A stretch of 64,000 nucleotides of DNA from Mobula hypostoma (GCF_963921235.1 NC_086108.1:51956001-52020000); one strand, 5' to 3'. Positions 23,916 to 35,911 are shown, numbered from the stretch's first letter. Numbers and translations: made by a program. Notes: a model not told the origin generated them from the sequence alone.

Positions 23916-25699
23916 GTCCTGAACAGGTAGGGTTGAGGAAACAATAGTGGGTTAGCTGAGGCAGGAGTATGGGTGTTGCTATGGAGGCTGAGTTAGTCAT
24001 TTGTGAAGTACTGGTGTTCAAGTAAAACATTTTTTGTTAACTAATTCCAATTTTCTTTCTATTAAAAAGACTACCTGGTTGGATTTTGTTTCAAATGAAG
24101 TTATATCTGTATTTTTTTTAAAAACACATAACTTATTATATGTGAATTTTTAAGGAACTAAGTGTAAAAATGGTATACTTTGTTTGAATGTTACAAATGA
24201 TCAGTAACACATCTATAAATGCAACAACTATCATTAGTAAATATGTGTAGGGATAAAACAACATGGTTGAATCAATGTTTGTCTTTAATCCCTTTCAATC
24301 TAATATGAAACTCTGAAAAGCTAAACAGAAATCTGGAAGTCTCCAGTTTCAGAATCCTGCATCCAACCATGTTGGCAGTGTCACCATATGACTGATGTTT
24401 CTCAGTAAAATATAAATTGATATCTGTATAGCCAAAATACCAGTAAGTTTCTTTGGATGGTAATTTAAACTGAGACCAAAATTCTGTTTTCATTAAATTC
24501 AGTGCACACATTCAAGAGTTAGTATCTACAAATCAAAAAAAGTCTGGTCAGAGACCAGTTAACATCTGTTGCTTCACACAAACAAGTTATTGGGGTCGGC
24601 ACTGAGGAAGGGAATGTGTTTCTCATAAAATCAGGAGAAAAAGTAGAACCCCAAATTGACATTTACCTTGCACTCTTGCTACATCTGTAAACCCTACATT
24701 GTCCTCTCAGTCTGAATGAGTTCATAATTTTAAGGGAAATTACTTAAAATGGGAGCAGCCTTGTGTTAAAAATATATTATAAACATCAATTAAAATTAAG
24801 ATGACAATTACAATAAACATTTATTATTTGTCTAACATTGAGTTTACTGTTGTAGGTATGACATGCCAATGCACAAAATAAATTTCTTTCATTTTGGCAC
24901 ATCATTATCCATCATAGCTTCAAATCTGAAATATGCATCGCATCACTTTGGCAAATTTTCCATCTCTCACATCTGTTATCCTTTGTCTACCAGACAGTTA
25001 CCATTTCGGGGCTGAATTTAGATTAGTGTTGTTGCTTGTGAGAGCTGGGTTAAGAATACTAAAGCCATATCATTTAGAACCCTTGCAGCCTAAAAGAAAA
25101 ATTTTTGATTGCATCATTGTGGCTGAACCTGTATCCAGAATCTAAAGGTAAAAGAGCAGTAACTAAACCCATTGTGCCACTCAATCCCTTATAGAGAGAG
25201 GAGTGGGGTAAATTTGAAACATATGGTGTAGCTTTCTTTTAACATATTTATAAATTTCAGACTTGGTTGTGTATTTATTACTGTGGAATTAAGGATTTGA
25301 AAAGTAGCCCATTCTATTCCAGATTCAATCTACCTATTGCAAGTTTTAAATAGATTTTGGCAAACTGCTAACCAATGTGAGTATGGTTATTTCAATGTAA
25401 AGGCTGCATTCTGCAATTGCTTTATGTCCAGAACCTTTTAATCTTTGTTGCTGGCTTGTATGCCACTCTGTAGTGGCTGCCTTTCACATTTACTGATCCA
25501 TGTTCTCTCTGTGCATTTGGTGCTGGTCACCCTGCTTTGAATGCCTTTTTTGAAAGGGTAATTCATGATGATGCTCGAATAGAGCAATTATAAAAAATAA
25601 AGTAAAAGATACCAAATTCTCAAATAGAAAGTAATTTTCACAAAGTTGAGGATATGTATTTTTCTTACTTAAAAATGCAGTCTCCAAGTACATTGTAGA

Positions 25700-25976
25700 T
25701 TAGGGTCAGAGTCATGAAGTATGGAAATGGACTCTTCAGCCAGCTACATCCGTGCTGGCATTGTATCAGTCTGTACTCTTCATATGTCCAAGTATTTGAA
25801 CCATAACCTTCCATACCATCTAATTTCAAGTGCTCATTCAAGTACTTAATGAGTGTTGTTATAGTATCTGCCTCTACCACTTGCTCAGGTAGTATGTTCC
25901 AGATTTCTACCACCTGTTTGTGTGTGTAAAAAAAATCTTCCGCAAATTTACTTTTAAATTGCCACCGCGCGCACAC

Positions 25977-26038
<62 letters not shown>

Positions 26039-26170
26039 CCAAGCTATGCCCCGATGCCTCCAGTTACAAGTGCATCTGCCAAGGGAAATACGTTTTTCTG
26101 TAACTATCCTATCTATGCCCTCATAATTTTGTACACCTCAACTTTCTCTGTTCCAATATAAACAAACCTG
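25700..26170 (-). mobile_element. CR1 3' end interrupted by a microsatellite
   Basis: ORF 25665-26042: FFYTHKQVVEIWNILPEQVVEADTITT. Confidence 0.75.
25972..26036. repeat. Compound microsatellite (CAGA)n(CA)n
   Basis: Read directly from the sequence. Confidence 0.95.
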
Positions 26171-26319
26171 CTGTTGCAAAGGACACAATAACTGGTTCAG
26201 ACCTAGTTTTGATGTCTAAATATTTGGGATAGCTTGGTGATCTTTACTTTCTGGAGTCACACATGGAAATGGCACAAAATGTTTATATAAGTAGTCTCCA
26301 TTAGGATATGCGTATTGCT

Positions 26320-27165
26320 TTCAAAGTTCAATATTTATTTGTTATCATAGTATGTATACTGTATACAACCTTGATATTCGTCTTCATACAGGCAGCCACA
26401 AAACAAAGAAACACCATAGAACCCCTTTAGAGAAAAACCCCATATAACAAGACCATCAAACACATGGAAAAAAGAACAAATCGCGTCAAAAACAAGAAGT
26501 GAACATTAAACATCAAACCGTAGAGTCTCCAAAAGTGAGCCCACTGCCACAAGCCGCCAAGACAAGGGAAGCCTGTTCAGGAGCCAATGGCCGCAGCTAC
26601 AGCCAATAGGTCAGTCAGTTCACTCCGTATCATTGGCTGCAGGTCCATTTCTGCACCAAGGCACCTTGATCAAATTGCACAAGTACTAAAGCACATTCAG
26701 CGCTGAGAACGTCAAATATCAAACCGCAACTGAGAGGCGACAGCCACGAGCCACTGAGGCGATTGAACGTTGCGACATGTGACCCAAGATTGTTGTGTCT
26801 TCCGCCAGTAGCAGTGAGAGGGAGACTGGTCAAGTGCAGGCAGACAGCACTGAAAACCATTCTGCTCTCATCCTCATTGATTTTAACCTTGCTCAATGCT
26901 TTAATCGGCACAGAGGAATGGAGTCGACCACGGGTTCATTTCTGCCATTAGGAATCGACACGGCATACATCCCCGGTGACAGCCGTAGCTGCCAAATCCC
27001 CTAGGAGATGGCAGAATTGGCAGATCATTCAGTCAGCCCAAAAATACGTTCATAAATGGGAAATTACAGGCTGTAATCGATCACAGTCCAGAAGAAGAGT
27101 ATCCAGTAGTTTTGCAAGCCACCTGCAAGGTATTGCTGTTGGCCACTGGGGCCATCTTGCCCTAA
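26320..27165 (-). mobile_element. SINE-like non-autonomous retroelement related to 11990-12780
   Basis: Similar reverse-complement tail (TTTATT..GTATGTATACTGTATACAACCTTGATATTC..AAAACAAAGAAACACC) and a GGCCATCTTG far end. Confidence 0.5.
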
Positions 27166-28107
27166 AGTTCTTGCATTTAATGCTACAATTGCATGATAAG
27201 GTACAGCATTAGCTCAGGCTCTGCATTCTCCTGCCTTCTCACCATGTTTTCATCCTCAAAAGAAGGAGTAAGCAATACACAAATTAAGCTCAACAACTAC
27301 TCATCTGGACTGTTGTACTTAACTAATGAAGTTATTCAGCCTAGCACAAGCATAATAGAGATCTGCTGGTGAAAATACTTGCTGTTTCTCTGGAAAAGAA
27401 CAGCAAGGAGATGATAATCAGATAAAAGAACTAGAATTAAGAGAAGACCCATTGTAGTAGGATGACTGATAAAATGCCAGAACTTAATCCCAGTCCAGAC
27501 AGATATAGGAAAGTGGTATGACCCTTAATAACTTGACTTGGTTCCACAGGCTTTCAGATGAAAGTCAAATGCAGAAAAGTGCAATCCATTGATCACCGGT
27601 TACAATAATTCATGACCTTGTCTTTTTCTAGAGGTAGCATGTTAATTCCGACCAGTTTAAATGTCTTTTCTGTATTTGATATATTTATACAGATTGTAAA
27701 ATAATCACACCCTGCTGTTTATGTTTAATGGTCATCTGTGTTTCTAAGTGCACTTGACAACATAATGGTAATTGAAAATAAAGACTAATAAAAGTGTGGG
27801 TGTTTAAATCCAGGCAGTGCTACTGTTTTCACAAATCATCTCCACATCTAGCCAGTTTGCGGAAAATTAAATACAGTCATATTAACATGGACAATTAGAC
27901 TTCTATGGTTGTCATTTTAATATCTGCATTTAACTCTCATTAACGACTGATTCCTTTCTCCCACAGATTGTTAAAACACATTCCAGCAAATAATTGCTCT
28001 GTTCTTAGACATGGATCAAAATTACATTTGGGCCAGCAGGAGACAGCTGGAAATTAGTGAGTCACTGTTAGGAATCAAAGCATTCTGAATTTAGCTGGGC
28101 AGCAAGA

Positions 28108-29587
28108 TGGAGAAGTAATGTTTGGGTTCATTTCCATAATACTTCATGGCTGTACCACTTCATACAGGTCTCTGAGAATTACTAGACTACAATAATGTAG
28201 GTGGACGTGTTTTTGGAAATATATTGCCATTTCACATCTGCTACCCAATGACATTCAAGCTGTGATCCTATACAGTGGCTCACCACAGACCAATTCCAGT
28301 GCATCATAGCGTTAAATAGCACAGAAATGGGCCCTTTGGCCTATCTCATCCTAACTAACCAGGCTTCCTACCTGAGCTGGTCCAATTTGCCTCTGTACCT
28401 TTCTTATACATGTACCTCAGTGGTCCCCAACCACCGGGCCGCAAAGCACGTGCTACCAGGCACGCACTGTTGAGCCATTACGCATGCGAGGTCATTAACC
28501 GCGCGTCATCTATGTCAGCGCGGGAAGGAGATCAACTCCCCGAGCTTGCAAATGATGGCAGGCTAAAAAGTATGTTTGACATAACATCTCTGCCGGCATT
28601 CTGGATCAAAGTCAAGGCTAAATATCCTGAGAGCCACGAAAGCACTGAAAACATTGCTTCCATTTCCAAAATATCTCTGCGAAGCGGACTTTTCTGCAAT
28701 GAATGCAACGAAAACTAAATTGCGGAATAGACTGGACATAAGGAACCCCTTCGAGTATCGCGGTCTCCCATCACCCCTCGACAGGACCATCTTGTTGCAG
28801 GGAAACAAGCCCAGGACTCCCACTGATTCACCGATATCGCTGCGTTGCAATGATTTTATATGTTCATACGGGGAAAATATGTGCTGTGTGTTTAATATCC
28901 AAACGTTACTTAAAATGTTATGATGCTATTTACTTATAAGTGACTACTATAACCATATAACAAATACAGCATGGAAACAGGCCATCTCTGCCCTTCTAGT
29001 CCGCTCTGAATGCTACTCTCACCTAGTCCCACCGATCTGCACTCAACCCACAACCCTCCATTCCTTTCCTGCCCATATACCCATCCAATTTTTCTTTAAA
29101 TGATAATATCGAGCCTGCCTCTACCACTTCTACAGGAAGTTTGTTCAACACTTTCTTCAAGCTCCCCTGTCCTCCCCTGATAATTGCGAGAAAAATATGC
29201 GCTGTGTGTTTAATATTAAATTCGTTAGATAAACCCTTTTAGAAAGGAAATTGAGTGTATTAGCCACTTATTACCGATATTCCAGTCGTGGTTAACACTC
29301 CCCCCGCTCCCCCGAACAGAATGTACCGGACCAAATGCCTTTAAAACAATGGAATCATTCGTGCTTTGACCATTTTCTCAGGCAGCTCGCTCCATATATC
29401 CACCATCCCATGTGTGGAAAAACTTGCACCTTGAAAAACCTTTCTGTCTCATGTTAAACGTATGCCCTCTAGTTTAAACTCCCCTACCATGTGAAGAAGA
29501 CTGTAACTATTCACCTTATCTATGCCCCTTATGGTTATACATGCCTCTATAACATCCACCCCAGCCTCTACACTCAGGAGAATAAAG
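28108..29587. repeat. Left copy of the ~570-bp direct duplication (interrupted by a hAT element)
   Basis: 28108-28417 plus 29329-29587 align colinearly with 33495-34065. Confidence 0.95.
28418..29320 (+). mobile_element. hAT-Charlie/Buster deletion derivative with 8-bp TSD
   Basis: Left TIR CAGTGGTCCCCAACC; ATGTACCT/ATGTACCG flanks; dimerization-domain remnant SLPAFWIKVKAKYPE..LLPFPKYLCEADFSAMNATKTKLRNRLD; a CR1 tail piece inside (about 28950-29150); the empty site is visible at 33812. Confidence 0.9.
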
Positions 29588-29588
29588 T

Positions 29589-30263
29589 CTGGTAAGCCTC
29601 AGGCTCACTGAATTCGCTGTCATCTAGGGGGAGCAAGCCTTCGGCCCCGCCGAACTGGGTAATTAAGTTTGTGTAGATGCTGTGTGATGTACTTCACCCT
29701 GCCAAATAGCAGACAATACACCATATGCGATTAAATGATTATAATTTATAGATATTACTGGAACTATGTCATTAATAGAGATAAAATATAAAAGAGTAAA
29801 AGGTGCCAAACGTATCAAAGTTCAACCACTTTGTGCACAACAGTTAGAGCTCGTAACGGGGTCCTCTTTCCACCATTTGATCCCCTCCGACCACCTTGAC
29901 CCGCTGCCTGGGACCAACCACGGTGGTCGACCAGACGCTCCACATGAGTCTAAATTCGTCTCCTCTCCTCACCGAAGACCCCGGGGCTTAGACTCCTGCT
30001 CGGGGTCTGCCCCGTTGGCCAGCTTACAGCATCACGTCACCTCTCTCTGTCTGCATCGCGCCTTCTGCCTCAAAGCCCACGAAAACAATAGCTTACAGAC
30101 ACACAAGAAAGAATAACATCTATCCCAGTTGGTTAGCAAATGAATACAATTCTCTTTATAACCCAAACAAGCTACTAGAGAGAGAACTTTCTCAGCAGTT
30201 AACAAAACGAAGAAGCCATTTTGATTAGCCTACACAGTAACATAAAAGAAGAAACCCCTTACA
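29589..30263 (-). repeat. 3' LTR (outer 9 bp missing)
   Basis: Aligns with 32823-33494; lacks the TGTAGCCCC terminus. Confidence 0.95.
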
Positions 30264-30277
30264 CTCTCCCCCCACCA
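30264..30277 (-). other. Polypurine tract
   Basis: Minus strand TGGTGGGGGGAGAG immediately before the LTR TGTA. Confidence 0.85.
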
Positions 30278-30778
30278 AATAAAGTCATGTCCTCATGACT
30301 TCTAAATAACTCGCCCACTCTTCCTGCAGACACAAAAACCCAATCCAGGTACAAACAGTCACATGACTCCCCAAACAGTAGACCTTACGCCCTGTTCCAC
30401 AGGCGCTACGTAGGCTACCCTATCTGGGAGTTTCCTAATCCTCCAAGACCGCTGTACCCCCTCACCTAAACCCTGAAGGCTCGGACACTACTGGGGATAC
30501 TTCGGGTCTGCTTGCCAACTCCTCTCTCTATCTCTCACTCATGCCCCCATTGCAACTCGGAGGCCCTTGTCCCGTGTCCGGGGCCCTGCTTCTTTTCCTT
30601 CCGGGTCCTGCTGTAACCCCGGCTGCCCACTGCTAGCCCTCCCCACTACACCTGACTCACTGGAAGAAGGGCCAAAAGTCTCTTCCTCAATCAAGGGGAA
30701 GTTAGCGAAAGGCAGCATGTACCACACATCCCGCACATCATCCTTTGAATCCGTATTCTTCCTCATTCCCACGATCGG

Positions 30779-31133
30779 TAGCTGCTGTTTGATTTTCTCC
30801 AAACTGAAGCACTTAGCCTGGGCTGCCTCTGCAGCCTCTTCAGCCTCCTGCAGTCGAGATGTCAGCTTCTTCTCCGACTCCTCCAACTCTCGCCCCAGTC
30901 TCAACAGATCTGACCCACGCTTCTTGTCCATCTCCATCTGGGACGTAATTACACCACCAGCTTCTTCCAATCTGTTCTGGATCGATTTCTTGAGTTTCTG
31001 CTGATCCTTTCGAAGGTTAGTCAGTCATTGTTTCGTCTCTCTGAATTAATTCATCAGTTCATGACCGCAGTTTTGGCTCGGAATTCTGTTTCTCCATCTC
31101 CACTTTGACGAGTGTGAACTCCAAGTCTTCAGT
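30779..31133 (-). pseudogene. Captured, intronless sarcomeric myosin heavy chain rod fragments (three segments)
   Basis: [50 protein letters not shown] | NRLEEAGGVITSQMEMDKKRGSDLLRLGRELEE | SEKKLTSRLQEAEEAAEAAQAKCFSLEKIKQQL. These match the class II MYH motifs DDLELTLAKVEKEK, RLEEAGGATS..MNKKRE and KKKLAQRLQ.AEE....NAKCSSLEKTK. Confidence 0.9.
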
Positions 31134-31139
31134 GGTTGT

Positions 31140-31529
31140 CCCGGGCTCCAGCACTCGCCTCACATCATTGTCCCCCAAGGCGAATCCAAACCCTAGGTGA
31201 TCATCCACATACGCCAAAACTCCAAACACCTCCACATCCCCCATGGTCTTCCTCGTGCCCTGCGGGAAGGTTGCAGGGGCTCCGGATATGCACTGTGGCA
31301 TCTTTTCGGATCGGAAGAATCCTAGGGAGCCTATAACGGCCGTCTTCTCCTTGTCGGCCTCACTGATCGGGATCTGGCAACATCCACTCCTCAGATCCAG
31401 CACATTAAACCACATCGCACCATACAAACAGACCATCGCATCTTCGGCCCTCAGGGCCATACTCTGGTCAATGACAGTGCGCCTGTTCAGTGTCCTATAA
31501 TCCACACACACGCTGCCTACATCTTCCAC
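31140..31529 (-). pseudogene. pol: Gypsy reverse transcriptase fragment
   Basis: [44 protein letters not shown]. Confidence 0.92.
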
Positions 31530-31699
31530 GGCTACAGGGTCCAGTCACTGCGATATCTCTCTCACCGAGGTGTCTTCAGCAGTCAACTCCCCTCCCTCAT
31601 GGTAGTTCAGAGCGTCTACTAAGAGGGTCTCATCCTCAGATACTTCCCCCAGGCCGTACCACAATCAGCTCTCGTTTAAATTCGGTACCGGCCCAAGAC

Positions 31700-32000
31700 T
31701 GCTACATGCGTCCTCACAAGCAGCTTGAAACGCTGGGTGCACAGACAATGCCCCCAAGAACACCAGTTTCACTGACCAATAATTGTCTTCTGGATAATCA
31801 CTGGCAGTGGTACCCCAAATCTCCAGTGCCCTTAATGTTGTCAAGGGTAAATGCTTCAGACAGTGGTTGTAAAACGAACTGTACAACAACTTGACCTGCG
31901 CCCCAGTGTCGAGGATGGCTTTAGCATAGCTTCCATCTATCCGTAATGACACACGGGGGCGTGGTCCCTCTATGCCTTCAGGAATAGGGTCTTTTCCTTT
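31700..32000 (-). pseudogene. Retropepsin aspartic protease
   Basis: [30 protein letters not shown]. Confidence 0.9.
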
Positions 32001-32129
32001 CAGAAGTTCCTTGGTACATTGCTGGGAACGTGCTCCCCCAGAGACCCCAAGCCGTTCCCCCACTGGGCCTCCACTAAGTTTCCCAACACCTCTCTGATCT
32101 GCTGAACAACTGAGGGAGGGGCTGATCCT

Positions 32130-32790
32130 CGGAAATGATCCCCCTGACACTGCAAGCAATTTAGCTGCCTTCCTAGCCAGAGAAGATACACTGAAAGCTT
32201 TTCTTCAATCTCCTGACACAGGTATGGAAAGCCCCCCAGGCACTGCATTTTACTTCCAGTCGAACCAGACGCATTTTCCCCCGCTTTCAGATAACTGGCA
32301 GCTGTCACTACGGGGTAATTGAACCTGACAGTTCTAACACCGTCAACAGCCTGCCTACTCAATCTTTCAACCAATCCCTGTCACTCTCCCTCAACCAAGC
32401 ACTGCCACTCATCTAACAACTGAGAGATCCGCTCTGTCCACGTCTTGTATGCCTCCACCCCTTTAGAGATGGACAATATCCCAAAACCCAGGCTGAGCCT
32501 GCCATAGCTGGAACATTTATTCGCAGACAGTACCTCCGAATCAGACCACTCTTTCCTGTCTCTCCTATCAGTATGGACAGCCCATGGTCCCGCCTCACCC
32601 GAGGCACCAATAAACACTGGCAGTCCCACCACCAACTCGTCAGCGCTAGTCTGAACTTGAACAAAGACCCCACCCAACAGGCATGCAGTAATAACCAGCA
32701 ATCCCAGAGACACACATTACTAACCGCAATCCCACAGAGACACAGCAGCACTGATTTAAACAGGGCAATCACACAGCACACTACTGAATC
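32130..32790 (-). pseudogene. gag: PNMA-like gag (capsid) relic
   Basis: [59 protein letters not shown] resembles PNMA/Gypsy gag capsid motifs. Confidence 0.75.
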
Positions 32791-32792
32791 CA

Positions 32793-32811
32793 ATCTCAGA
32801 CAAAGCCCCCA
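32793..32811 (-). promoter_or_regulatory. Primer-binding site, tRNA-Pro-like
   Basis: Minus strand TGGGGGCTTTGTCTGAGAT vs canonical TGGGGGCTCGTCCGGGAT, 2 nt after the LTR CA. Confidence 0.75.
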
Positions 32812-32813
32812 AA

Positions 32814-33494
32814 TGTAGCCCCCTGGTAAGCCTCATGCTCACTCAACTCGCTGTCGTCTAGGGGGAGCAGCCTTCGGCCCCACCAAACTGGGTAATCAAG
32901 TTTGTGTGGATGCTGTGTGATGTACTTCACCCTGCCAAATAACAGACAATACACCATATGCGATTATACTTTATAGATATTACTGGAACTATGTCATTAA
33001 TAGAGATAAAATATAAAAGGAGAGTAAAAGGTGCCAAACTTATCAAAGTTCAACCAGCAAGTGCACAACAGTTGGAGCTCAAGTGACGGGGTCCTCTTTT
33101 CACCATTTGATCCCCTCTGAGCACCTTGACCTGCCGCCTGGGACCAATCACGATGGTCAGCCAGAGGCTCCACATGAGTCTGTATTCGTCTCCTCTCCTC
33201 TCGGAAGACCCTGGGCCTTGGACTCCCGCTCGGGGTCCATCTCATTGGCCAGCTTACAGCATCACGTCATCTCTCTCTGTCCCCATCGTGCCTTCTGCAC
33301 CAAAGCCCGCGTAACACAATAGCTTACAGACACACAAGAAAGAATAACATCTATCCCAATTGGTTAGCAAATGAATGCAATTCTCTTTATAACCCAAACA
33401 AGCTGCTAGAAAGAGAACTTTCTCAGCAGTTAACATAACAAAGAAGCCATTTTGATTAGCTTACACAGTAACATAAAAGAAGAAACCCCTTACA
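32814..33494 (-). repeat. 5' LTR (complete, TGTA...TACA)
   Basis: Inverted termini TGTA/TACA; homologous to 29589-30263. Confidence 0.95.
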
Positions 33495-34065
33495 TGGAGA
33501 AGTAATGTTTGGGTTCATTTCCATAATGCTTCATGGCTGTACCACTTCATACAGGTCTCTGAGAATTACTAGACTACAATAATGTAAGTGGACATGTTTT
33601 TGGAAACATATTGCCATTTCACATCTGCTACCCAATGGCATTCAAGCTGTGATCCTAGACAGTGGTTCATCACAGACCAATTCCGGTGCAGATTGGAATG
33701 GAGCATCATAGCATTAAATAGCACAGAAATGGGCTCTTTGGTCCAACTCATCCAAACTAACCAGGTTTCCTACCTGAGCTGGTCCAGTTTGCCTCTATAC
33801 CTTTCCTATACATGTACCTGGCCAAATGCCTTTAAAACAATGGAATCATACTTACTTGGACCATTTTTTTAGGCGGGTCGTTCCATATATCCACCATCCC
33901 ATGTGTGGAAAAACTTGCACCTTGAAGAACCTTTCTGTCTCACATTAAACGTATGCCCTCTAGTTTAAACTCCCCTACCATGGGAAGAAGACTGTAACTA
34001 TTCACCTTATGGTTATACATGCCTCTCTAACGTCCACCCCAGCCTCTACACTCAGGAGAATAAAG
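33495..34065. repeat. Right copy of the ~570-bp direct duplication
   Basis: Begins TGGAGAAGTAATG directly after the LTR and ends CAGGAGAATAAAG. Confidence 0.95.
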
Positions 34066-34900
34066 CTCCAGGTTGTCCAGACTCTTCATAACTCAAGCCT
34101 TCCTGTCCTGGTAACATTGTTGTTTGTCTCTTATGCACTCTTTCCAAGTTAATTCATTGAACACAACTGCACACAATAGTCCAAGAGTTGTCTCTCCAAT
34201 TTCTTCTACAGCTGAACATGATGGCCCAACTCTTGTGCACAATGCCTGGACTGTTGAAGGTCAGTGTGTCAGTGTGCCTTCTTTACCACCCTGTCGCCAC
34301 TTTCAGGAAGCTTTGTATTCGTACTACTCAGTCTCTCTGTTGTATAATACTCTCCCAGCCTCTGCCATTTTGCTGTGCAAATCTTATTTTGGTTTAATTT
34401 CTCAAAATGCAACATATCACACTTGTCTAATTTAAATTCCATCTTCCACTCCTTGGCCTATTTCTCACCTAATCTGGATGCTGCTGTAATCTTAGATAGC
34501 CTACTTCACTGTACACTATGCAACAAATTTTGATGTAGTTTGCAAAATGCTATCTACATTTTCATCTGAATTGTTAATATAGATGAGAAACAAAAGGGTA
34601 CCCAGCGCAGATCCCTGCAGAACACCATTAAAAACAAACATCCACCACTACCCTCTGATTCACCATGTCAATTTTGTACCCAATTAGCTTGACTACCCTG
34701 GATCCAGTGTGCTCTAAGCTTCCAGACCAGCCCTCAAGGTGAACCTTGGCAAAGGGTTTGCTGAAGGGTGTGTATCCAATGTCTACCAACCATGCACTCG
34801 ACAATCCTTTTTGTCAATCAAATTTGTGAGATGTAATTTCCTATGCAAAATGCCATGCTGATTCTTAATCCTTTCCAAATGCAAGTAAATCAATTCTTTC
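33700..34900 (-). mobile_element. CR1 LINE 3' region
   Basis: 3' tail at about 33710-33750, TRGH motif, and CCCAGCGCAGATCCCTGCAG (QGSALG on the minus strand). Confidence 0.75.
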
Positions 34901-35729
34901 AAAATCCCCTCCGGTACCTTTCCCACTGTTCCAAATAATTTTACTAACTTTCCTCCCTGCAATATGCCTCCAATGAACTTCTAACTGCAGTGAAGTTGAT
35001 GGACAGGATGAATGGGGAAACTGTTCATGCATTATCATTTCCACTGCAAAATTAAGGTCAGCAGAGGAATTAGAGTATACAGGCACCATTTGCAGACTTG
35101 GAGATGAAGCTCCAAGTCATTATTGACTTGGAGTCAAAGTTGTCCTTGATCCTTCACCAACCAGTGCAACACCAACTGGCAATATTAAAGAAGCACAGTG
35201 AGACCATGCAAAATTTAGATTATTTTGGGAACCACCTCTCAATAACAAAGTTCCCAACTGTCTCTAGAACAACACTGACTTTAAAAAAATGACATTCAAG
35301 GAGGAGTCCTCAAATCTTGCATAAAGGCATGATCTGAACAACAACAGTCACTGCTCTCATATGATTCATTTGGAGTCACGGATAACCTACAATAGACTCT
35401 TCAAAGCAGTGGGAAACACTACCAAAACATTCTCCACAAAATGAAATAATTAATTGAAAGATAGGCAAATTAAATACTAGCCACCTCCCCCAGTTCGTCA
35501 ACTCCAGCTTCAAGGCTTTGTCCACTAGTTCCAGTGTGCATTCTCCAATACCTAGTATCGGATACCTGAAATAAGCAATCTTCTTCAAAATTCCTCAGGG
35601 AGATAAAAATTGCCAGGAGGACAGAGATAATACTTCAGGGACTTCTCAAAGTCTCCATACAAAGAAATTACACACTCACAAAATGCTGGTGGAATGCAGC
35701 AGGCCAGGCAGCATCTATAGGAAGAGGTA

Positions 35730-35767
35730 CAGTCGACGTTTCGGGCCGAGACCCTTCGTCAGGGCTA
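35730..35767 (-). ncRNA. Minimal type-I hammerhead ribozyme motif (antisense arm)
   Basis: Exact reverse complement of 35874-35911. Confidence 0.75.
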
Positions 35768-35873
35768 ACTGAAAGAAGAGATAGTAAGAGATTTGAAAGT
35801 GGAAGGGGGAAAGTGTTTGTGTTTTTAAATTCCCCCTCCCGCTTTCAAATCTCTTACTATCTCTTCTTTCAGT

Positions 35874-35911
35874 TAGCCCTGACGAAGGGTCTCGGCCCGA
35901 AACGTCGACTG
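35874..35911 (+). ncRNA. Minimal type-I hammerhead ribozyme motif
   Basis: CUGACGA 35879-85; stem II GGGU-CUCG-GCCC; GAAA 35899-902; self-complementary ACGU stem III; GUC cleavage triplet ending at 35906; stem I UAGCC/GACUG with one mismatch. Confidence 0.78.

Larger units (their letters stand above)
29589..33494 (-). mobile_element. Internally rearranged Gypsy/Ty3 LTR retrotransposon with PNMA-like gag
   Basis: Two ~680-bp LTRs, PBS, PPT, gag, protease, partial RT and the integrase C-terminal tail (RSWRIRKLPDRVAY at about 30410-30455). Confidence 0.95.

Noticed and set aside
30567-31004. 145-aa plus-strand ORF
   Set aside because: It is the antisense shadow of the myosin/pol frame.
30539-31133. 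Exons of a genuine host myosin gene
   Set aside because: The sequence lies between two LTRs, is fused to RT, lacks introns and splice sites, skips large parts of the rod, and has a stop and a frameshift.
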